A DNA stretch of 64,000 nucleotides from Luteolibacter sp. (GTDB lineage Bacteria; Verrucomicrobiota; Verrucomicrobiia; Verrucomicrobiales; Akkermansiaceae), in NCBI GenBank assembly GCA_044354135.1, contig JBILAN010000006.1, positions 1,887-65,886 of the forward strand, written 5' to 3'. The position numbers and the translations under genes were made by a program. Shown here in pieces: positions 57,986 to 64,000 of this stretch. How positions within the stretch are numbered: the first letter of the stretch is position 1; every line of letters starts with the position of its first letter. The notes beneath the pieces were generated by a model that made no database searches, had not been told where the DNA came from, and saw nothing but the letters and a program-made list of their open reading frames with translations.

Positions 57986-58720
57986 ATGAGTGAAATTTAC
58001 GAGAATCTGAAAATTATGGATGAATATCTGCTGTTTCATTACGGCAGAAAGAGTGATGTTTTGGACTCAAAAGTGCAGTGGCCAGAAGTGATGAGCCAAG
58101 CTTTGGACTTTGCGGTGCGAACGCCGGGGTATTTCTCAAAGAACTTAGTGGCCAGAGGATTGGATCTGGGATGTGCAGTTGGGCGCTCCAGTTTTGAAAT
58201 GTCTCGCACCTGTGAAGAAGTGATAGGATTGGATTTTTCGCATCAGTTTATCGCTGCGGCTAATCGTTTAAAAAATGAGGGGAAAATGGATTATACGCGA
58301 TTGGATGAAGGCGTGATCACGACTTCATTGACAGCCGAGTTGCCACAAGGAATTGATTCTTCACGTGTGGAGTTCATACAGGGAGATGCAATGCAATTGC
58401 ACGATCATCTCGGGCGGTTTGATCGAGTTCATGCAGCTAATTTATTGTGCCGACTTACTGATCCAGTTTTGTTGCTGAATCGATTCAGTGATCTACTTGA
58501 AAAAAATGGGGAGCTTGTATTAGCTACACCTTGCACTTGGTTGGAGGATTTCACGCCTCGTGGTAATTGGCCGAAATCAGATACCTTGGGATGGCTTAAG
58601 GATAATTTGTTAGAAAATTTCGAACTTCGTTCAGAATGCGACGAGCCTTTTTTGATTCGTGAGACGGCACGTAAATTCCAATGGACTCGATCCATGGTAA
58701 CCATCTGGAAGAAACGATAG
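57986..58720 (+). CDS. SAM-dependent methyltransferase resembling the OvoA C-terminal 4-mercaptohistidine N1-methyltransferase domain
   Basis: EYLLFHYG, GLDLGCAVGRSSFE, GLDFS..FI.AA, F.QGDA, NLLCRL.DP, TP.TWLE.FT, F.IRET.RKFQ. Confidence 0.7.
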   Translation: MSEIYENLKIMDEYLLFHYGRKSDVLDSKVQWPEVMSQALDFAVRTPGYFSKNLVARGLDLGCAVGRSSFEMSRTCEEVIGLDFSHQFIAAANRLKNEGKMDYTRLDEGVITTSLTAELPQGIDSSRVEFIQGDAMQLHDHLGRFDRVHAANLLCRLTDPVLLLNRFSDLLEKNGELVLATPCTWLEDFTPRGNWPKSDTLGWLKDNLLENFELRSECDEPFLIRETARKFQWTRSMVTIWKKR

Positions 58721-58728
58721 TCTCCAGA

Positions 58729-60444
58729 TTATTTTTTCTTTCTCAGGAAAGGGGGGAGATCCAGATCCTCGCCATCGAGCACGTTTGGATTTTCACCCTC
58801 AAAGCGACCGCGCGGTGTTTTCTTAAATGATAACTCGTCTTGGTCGTTGGATGGCTTGGAATCCATTTTAAGCTGCAATGCGCTCGCAAGATCAATTTTT
58901 GGTTCCTTTGGAGACAACACAGGAATCTCAGACTTGGGTTGCATTGCTTCTGGTGGGACAGCAGGAATCTCAGGTCGAGTTGGGCTGGGATTTATCTCGG
59001 ATTTAACAGACGGGATCTGGGCCACGGGCTTGGGATCTGGGGACGCCGATGGAATGAGCTCGGGTTCTGCAAAAGGACGTTGATAAGATTCTTGCTTGGC
59101 GACATCAGGTAGCGGTGCATTGTTGGATTTTGGTGCTTCACTGGAAACTTTTGTTTGCGATGTGCTTGTCTCAGAAACCTTTGGAGATTCAGTTCCTATA
59201 TTTTCAAAAAACTCATCGATCAATTTAGGTTGCCGAGATTCTGATATGACTTTTTCCGGAAGTTTGATAGAAGGTCGTTTCGGCTGCGATGCATCAACTG
59301 CAGCAGCTGCGGGTGTAGTTGCGGGTGCAGGTGCAGGTGCAGGTGCAGGTGCGGGTTCGGGTTCGGGTGCGGGTTCGGGTGCAGGCGCAGGCGCAGGCGC
59401 AGGCGCGGGTGCAGGTGCGGGTGCGGGTGCGGGTGCGGGTGCGGCCTGAGCGTTTTGGTTAGAAACAGCCAGCGCTTCTTCAGGAAGAGAGCTGATTAAA
59501 GTAATGGATAAGTGATCTCCCATCGAGGTATCAATGGCCGCGCCAAAAAGGATTTGGGTATTTTCCGGAACATACTTTTGCAGGCTTTGCATGAGCAATT
59601 CGATTTCGAACAAGGTTAGTGATTCACCGCCTGATAGATGAACGAGTACGCTTTGTGCATCTCTAAGAAGCGCACCTTGATCAAGCAATGGACTGGAAAG
59701 TGCATTGCGAAGCGCTTTTGAAGCGCGGTCTTTACCATCTGCAATACCTGAACCAAATAAGCAGCGTGAACGAGTGGTGCGTAAAGCGGTGATGAGTTCA
59801 TCGAGCCCGACATGGATCAATCCGGGTTTAACTACCAAGCGAATCACGGCTTTAATCGATTCCGAGATCATTTTATCTGCGGCGCCGAAAGCTTCATGGA
59901 TGCCTTGTTTAGCGAGAACGAGTTCGCCCATTCGGTTGTTATCAAAAGTAACAAGTGCATTGGAAAGTACCGCGAGTTGGTTGAGAGCGGTTTCTGCTTG
60001 TTCGCGTCGTCGAGATCCTTCGAAAAGGAAAGGCATCGTAGCGAAGACGATGACGAATGCGCCTTCCTCGCGTGCGATGCGAGCAATAATGGGAGCTGCG
60101 CCAGAGCCGGTTCCTCCGCCAAGACCCACGCATAGAAAAACAATTTTCTGACCTTTTATTGAATTACGAACTTCAGTTTCTGCTTCCAAGAAGGCTTGTT
60201 GCCCAAGTTCTGGGTCGCCACCCGTTCCAAGGCCTTTCGTTAAATTGGCACCGAGTTGAATTTTTTCTTTGGCAAGAGATGCTCCGAGTGTGCGGATATC
60301 AGTATTTAAGGAAACGAGCTGTGCGCCTTCTTGGCTGTCGAGCGCGATGCGCTCTAACATGTTTGCACCTGCTCCGCCCAAGCCGATAATTTTTACAGCT
60401 GAGGTGGGAATCTCTTGGTTAGGATCTCGTGAATAGGAAATCAT
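58729..60444 (-). CDS. ftsZ: Cell division protein FtsZ with long Pro-rich linker
   Basis: GLGGAG.N, NTD, GLGTGGDP..G, GGGTGSG, PF.FEG..R, C-terminal DLDLPPFLRK. Confidence 0.92.
   Translation of the reverse strand: MISYSRDPNQEIPTSAVKIIGLGGAGANMLERIALDSQEGAQLVSLNTDIRTLGASLAKEKIQLGANLTKGLGTGGDPELGQQAFLEAETEVRNSIKGQKIVFLCVGLGGGTGSGAAPIIARIAREEGAFVIVFATMPFLFEGSRRREQAETALNQLAVLSNALVTFDNNRMGELVLAKQGIHEAFGAADKMISESIKAVIRLVVKPGLIHVGLDELITALRTTRSRCLFGSGIADGKDRASKALRNALSSPLLDQGALLRDAQSVLVHLSGGESLTLFEIELLMQSLQKYVPENTQILFGAAIDTSMGDHLSITLISSLPEEALAVSNQNAQAAPAPAPAPAPAPAPAPAPAPAPEPAPEPEPAPAPAPAPAPATTPAAAAVDASQPKRPSIKLPEKVISESRQPKLIDEFFENIGTESPKVSETSTSQTKVSSEAPKSNNAPLPDVAKQESYQRPFAEPELIPSASPDPKPVAQIPSVKSEINPSPTRPEIPAVPPEAMQPKSEIPVLSPKEPKIDLASALQLKMDSKPSNDQDELSFKKTPRGRFEGENPNVLDGEDLDLPPFLRKKK
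59321..59443. repeat. Hexamer tandem repeat (GGTGCA/GGTGCG/GGCGCA/GGTTCG) encoding a Pro-Ala/Pro-Glu tract in FtsZ
   Basis: About 20 contiguous 6-bp units. Confidence 0.9.
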
Positions 60445-60480
60445 GATTCTATTTTTTTGGGTTGGATGGAGGGCTGGTAT

Positions 60481-61698
60481 CTAACGACCGAAAGGCCAGA
60501 ATAGACGGAAGATTTTTCCGAAAAAGCCAGGGGGTTTTTGTGTTTCGGTCTCGATGATTTGTGCATATCGAATCAAGCCAATAGCGGTGGCGAACTGGGG
60601 GTCTTTGAATGAAGGATGGGAATGATCGCTGTTTTCTGGGGCTTCCGGGCGGTAAATATCTCGCCCGAAGACTTCAAAGGCCAGTTCTGAAAATCCACGC
60701 ATCAATGATGTGCCTCCTGTTAGATATATGCCCGCGCCAATGGATTCGACAGATCCTAGTGGCAAGCGCTCTTTCACAAGAAGCAGGGTTTCCTCCAGCC
60801 TTTGACGAATGACTTCGTTGAGAATCGCACGTTTGACTTCTACATCGGCGAAGCCGTTTTCATCCGTGAGCCTGGCAATACCCACCGAAAGTGCGGGATC
60901 GCTGGATGCGTTGCCTTCAAGAATTTTTAGTTTTTCTGCTTTGGAAAACGGAAGGCCGGTGACGAGATGTATGTCATTGGTGACGTGATCACCGCCTACG
61001 GGAATGCAGCCAGAAGCTGCGATAGAACCATCTAAATATAGAGCGTAGTCGGTCGTTCCGCCGCCAATATCGATTAGCAGGGCACCGCGCAAACGTTGTT
61101 CGCGATCCAGTGCCATTTGAGCGGTAGCAATGGGAGCAAAGACAATATCATCTACCTCAAGCGGACACTCTCGAACGAGTTTGATGGAATTTTGAATACG
61201 ATTGCTGATGCCATGAACGATATGAAAATCAACTTCAACGGTCTTGGCAAAAAGGCCAATAGGTGATGCGGTTTGTTCAAGTCCGTCTATAAGGTATCTG
61301 CGGACAATCGTGTGTAGAGATGCGTGATCTGGCGGATAATGGACATCACGTGCCATTTCTCGGGCTTCTTCGAGATGTTCAAACTCGATAGCTTCTTGAT
61401 TGTTAGGTAGGCGAAAAACACCCCGATTGTTCACTCCTTGCATATGAGCGCCAGTTACTGCGAGAAATACGGATCCGATTTCAACATCGCTTGAATCTTC
61501 AGCGCGAGCCAGCGCGTCTTTTAAGCACGCTCTAGCTTGCACAAAATCTGAAATCTCACCTTTTCTAACACCGACTGATTTGGTGACCCCGATACCAAGA
61601 ATTTTTACAGCGCCGTCGGGCTTGACTTCGCCAACCACGATGCAGGTTTTGCTGGTGCCGATTTCGAGTCCGACATGAATTTTTGTGCGGCGTGCCAT
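60481..61698 (-). CDS. ftsA: Cell division protein FtsA
   Basis: GLEIGTSK, GVRKG, LIDIGGGTT, GGDHVTNDI, AE.LK, LTGG.S, FATAIGL. Confidence 0.93.
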   Translation of the reverse strand: MARRTKIHVGLEIGTSKTCIVVGEVKPDGAVKILGIGVTKSVGVRKGEISDFVQARACLKDALARAEDSSDVEIGSVFLAVTGAHMQGVNNRGVFRLPNNQEAIEFEHLEEAREMARDVHYPPDHASLHTIVRRYLIDGLEQTASPIGLFAKTVEVDFHIVHGISNRIQNSIKLVRECPLEVDDIVFAPIATAQMALDREQRLRGALLIDIGGGTTDYALYLDGSIAASGCIPVGGDHVTNDIHLVTGLPFSKAEKLKILEGNASSDPALSVGIARLTDENGFADVEVKRAILNEVIRQRLEETLLLVKERLPLGSVESIGAGIYLTGGTSLMRGFSELAFEVFGRDIYRPEAPENSDHSHPSFKDPQFATAIGLIRYAQIIETETQKPPGFFGKIFRLFWPFGR

Positions 61699-61703
61699 GA
61701 GGT

Positions 61704-62687
61704 TCAGTTGCGATTTAAAAGAGATTGAAGATCGTTTTTGCGGCGAGAATCCTCGTTATTGGTGGAGGGACTATCGTCAACTGGAATAGCGCGTGGAGGT
61801 GCTTCTTCGCCGCGGATGGTGATGGGAATATTTTGCCTGGGAATCAAGTTGATCGTTTCAATTTCGTAACCTTTTTTCTGAGCATGATGAAGGGCTTGGC
61901 TGAAATACTCGAGCTGTCGGTTGTGGTCGTCTAGGCCGAAGGTTGCGGTTGTCTTTGAACGTGTTGTAAGGTTGATGGACCAAGGGTTTATTTGATAAAC
62001 CGTTTCAATAATTTGCAGATCATTGGGGAAAATATCGCGAAAGGAATTAAGTAGATATGTGCAGCGACGGTATTCGGGATGTTTCAAGGTGATTCCAGCT
62101 TGAATTGGGTGTTTCGAATCGGCTTTGACGTGAATTAGGGGCAAATGGACTGCTTGCTCGAGTTGTCGTTGTGGGCAGGGGTAAGTGAAACCGCTTTGAT
62201 CAACGAGGAGTTGATCTTGGTTGCGAGTGGTCATCAAACCTTCCTCAGGACAGGCAATCCATGCTTGAGGCTGTCTCGTTGAGAGATGAAAAACCATGGT
62301 TCCAGGTAGTTCACGTTCGATTTTTACCGCAAAAATCGCAGGAATTTCCAATAACTTCCTCTCCATCGCGGATGTGTCGAAGTCGAAAATATTCCCGCTG
62401 AGATCGATGCCAAGATGTTCGACCAGACCTGACTCATCCAACACGTCATTATTATTTAGCCGGATGGATTGGAGATTGAAATCAGGGTTTTGGTGAAAAG
62501 TGTAGCGAATCGCCTCACGCACGCCGTAGCCAATCGCGAGCAAAATACCGATGATTATTGCAAATTTTGTGAGTGCTTTGATAAAATCGAGAAAATTGAA
62601 CCATGCAATCCGAGGCGACATGACCTCGGATTTGAGCACCTTCACATGGTGCCTATGGTATCGATTTTTCGAGCTGTGTTTACGCAT
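61704..62687 (-). CDS. ftsQ: Cell division protein FtsQ/DivIB (TM plus POTRA)
   Basis: Basic N-terminus, single TM, POTRA motif P.I..V.I.R.LP.T; upstream of ftsA-ftsZ. Confidence 0.8.
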   Translation of the reverse strand: MRKHSSKNRYHRHHVKVLKSEVMSPRIAWFNFLDFIKALTKFAIIIGILLAIGYGVREAIRYTFHQNPDFNLQSIRLNNNDVLDESGLVEHLGIDLSGNIFDFDTSAMERKLLEIPAIFAVKIERELPGTMVFHLSTRQPQAWIACPEEGLMTTRNQDQLLVDQSGFTYPCPQRQLEQAVHLPLIHVKADSKHPIQAGITLKHPEYRRCTYLLNSFRDIFPNDLQIIETVYQINPWSINLTTRSKTTATFGLDDHNRQLEYFSQALHHAQKKGYEIETINLIPRQNIPITIRGEEAPPRAIPVDDSPSTNNEDSRRKNDLQSLLNRN

Positions 62688-62975
62688 GTGGCTTATTGCC
62701 GAAGCAGGTTCCGGACGGAGATCGTTCGATATCCTTCAGGCTATATAAAAACGGTATTTCACGCAGCAGCGCCACGTTCGCGGTAGGTTAGTAAACTCAT
62801 CTTTAATGTCAATGCACTTAAAGGATGCGAATGGGGCCGAATTGAAGGTTTTTTGGAAATTTTATTTCTCCATGGTGCGATTATAAAAATTCTTGCAATT
62901 AGGGCTTTTACCCGCTTCATTCCGCGCACCTAGGACGGCTTGGCGATGAACGCTGAGCTCATCCCTTATACCAAA

Positions 62976-63245
62976 ATGAGCGTTAACATAGAAAAAGCAC
63001 CTATCGACCTTAAGTCGTACCAAGCCCACGAAGGAGACACCGGAAGTTCACCTTACCAAGTCGCCCTTCTTACCCAGAGAATCCTTGATCTCACGGAACA
63101 TCTCAATGCCCACAAGAAGGATTTTTCCTCACGTCGTGGACTTTTGAAACTCGTTTCCTCACGTCGCAAGCTGCTTGACTACATCAAGCGCAAGGACGAG
63201 GCAAAATACCAAGAGCTCATCAACAATCTCGGCCTACGCCGTTAA
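62976..63245 (+). CDS. rpsO: 30S ribosomal protein S15
   Basis: [40 protein letters not shown]. Start placed at ATG 62976 (89 aa). Confidence 0.97.
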   Translation: MSVNIEKAPIDLKSYQAHEGDTGSSPYQVALLTQRILDLTEHLNAHKKDFSSRRGLLKLVSSRRKLLDYIKRKDEAKYQELINNLGLRR

Positions 63246-63262
63246 TTTGAACCATTTCGCAA

Positions 63263-63291
63263 CAGCAGCCACGGGAGTCTCTCTCGTGGCT
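63263..63291 (+). terminator. Strong hairpin after rpsO (terminator or processing stem)
   Basis: GCAGCCACGGGAG-TCT-CTCTCGTGGCTGC; no clear U-tract. Confidence 0.5.
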
Positions 63292-63413
63292 GCCTAGCAA
63301 AAAGGGTGCGCGTGATTTTCACCGCATCCTCGGGATAGTCCCGGAAACCTTGATAGCTAGGGCGGCACAGGGCGGCCCTGCTTAGACGTAAGTAAAAAGA
63401 AGAAATAAGAAAA

Positions 63414-64000
63414 ATGAATATCCATTCCACCACGATCGAAGTCGGAACCAATCCGATGACCATCGAAACCGGCAAACTTGCCAAACTCGCCGATGGCGCA
63501 GTCACCGTCCGTTGCGGCGAAACCATCATTTTGGTTACCGCAGTTTCACAAACCAAAGTAAAGCCAGGCCAAACTTGGTTCCCACTCTCCGTAGAATATA
63601 AGGAGAAAGCAACCGCCGCAGGCGTGTTCCCAGGTGGTTACTTCAAACGCGAAGGCCGCCCTACCGAAAAGGAAATCCTCACCTGCCGCATGACCGACCG
63701 TCCTCTGCGACCGCTGTTCCCTAAAGGTTACCTTTACGAAACCCAAATCGTCGCCATTTTGCTCAGTGCAGACGGCATCAACGATTCCGACATCCTCTCG
63801 ATGAACGGCGCTTCCGCCGCTCTTGCGATTTCCGACATCCCGTTCGCTGGCCCAATCGGTGCTGTCCGCGTCGGCCGCATTGATGGCAATTTCGTCATCA
63901 ACCCGACTCACGAAGAGCGCGAAAACAGCGATCTCGACCTCATCTACGTGGGTAACAAAACCGACGTCATCATGATCGAAGGTCAAGCCGACGAGATCCC
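63414..64000 (+). CDS. pnp: Polyribonucleotide nucleotidyltransferase (PNPase), 3'-truncated by window end; not in the ORF track
   Basis: [37 protein letters not shown]...EIL..R..DRP.RPLFP, NGAS.AL.ISDIPF.GP.GAVRVG. Confidence 0.97.
   Translation, partial: MNIHSTTIEVGTNPMTIETGKLAKLADGAVTVRCGETIILVTAVSQTKVKPGQTWFPLSVEYKEKATAAGVFPGGYFKREGRPTEKEILTCRMTDRPLRPLFPKGYLYETQIVAILLSADGINDSDILSMNGASAALAISDIPFAGPIGAVRVGRIDGNFVINPTHEERENSDLDLIYVGNKTDVIMIEGQADEI

Overview
A 64-kb bacterial chromosomal segment whose gene content and protein style point to Verrucomicrobia (Luteolibacter/Akkermansiaceae-like; inferred, not database-checked). It is mostly housekeeping: M16 peptidase, trmB, tag, comEC, gcvT/gcvH, nrdR, ppk2/ppx/ppk1, SUA5, bioA, ispD, trxA, xylA, panE, a MoxR operon, rpsM-rpsK-rpsD, rlmH, ftsQAZ, rpsO and pnp (truncated by the window end). 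No rRNA, tRNA or CRISPR array was found. Standouts: (1) a family of inverted degenerate ~7-bp repeat arrays at several gene boundaries, seen in three states (around an intact four-helix-bundle gene, around a 23-codon C-terminal remnant of such a gene, and empty); (2) a 278-bp MITE-like element with nested inverted repeats abutting one of these arrays; (3) an accessory block at about 22.6-31.3 kb with a GYF_2/TerB-like/PH-like/HNH protein, a fused but frameshifted double RlaP-type nucleotidyltransferase converging on a MenA1/MenT1-like toxin-antitoxin pair, and a two-gene BcsA-BcsS glucan synthase with altered motifs; (4) an FtsZ with a non-canonical T7 loop and a Pro-Ala repeat linker; (5) two pseudogenes with large internal deletions. 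All family assignments come from motif recognition by eye, not from searches.
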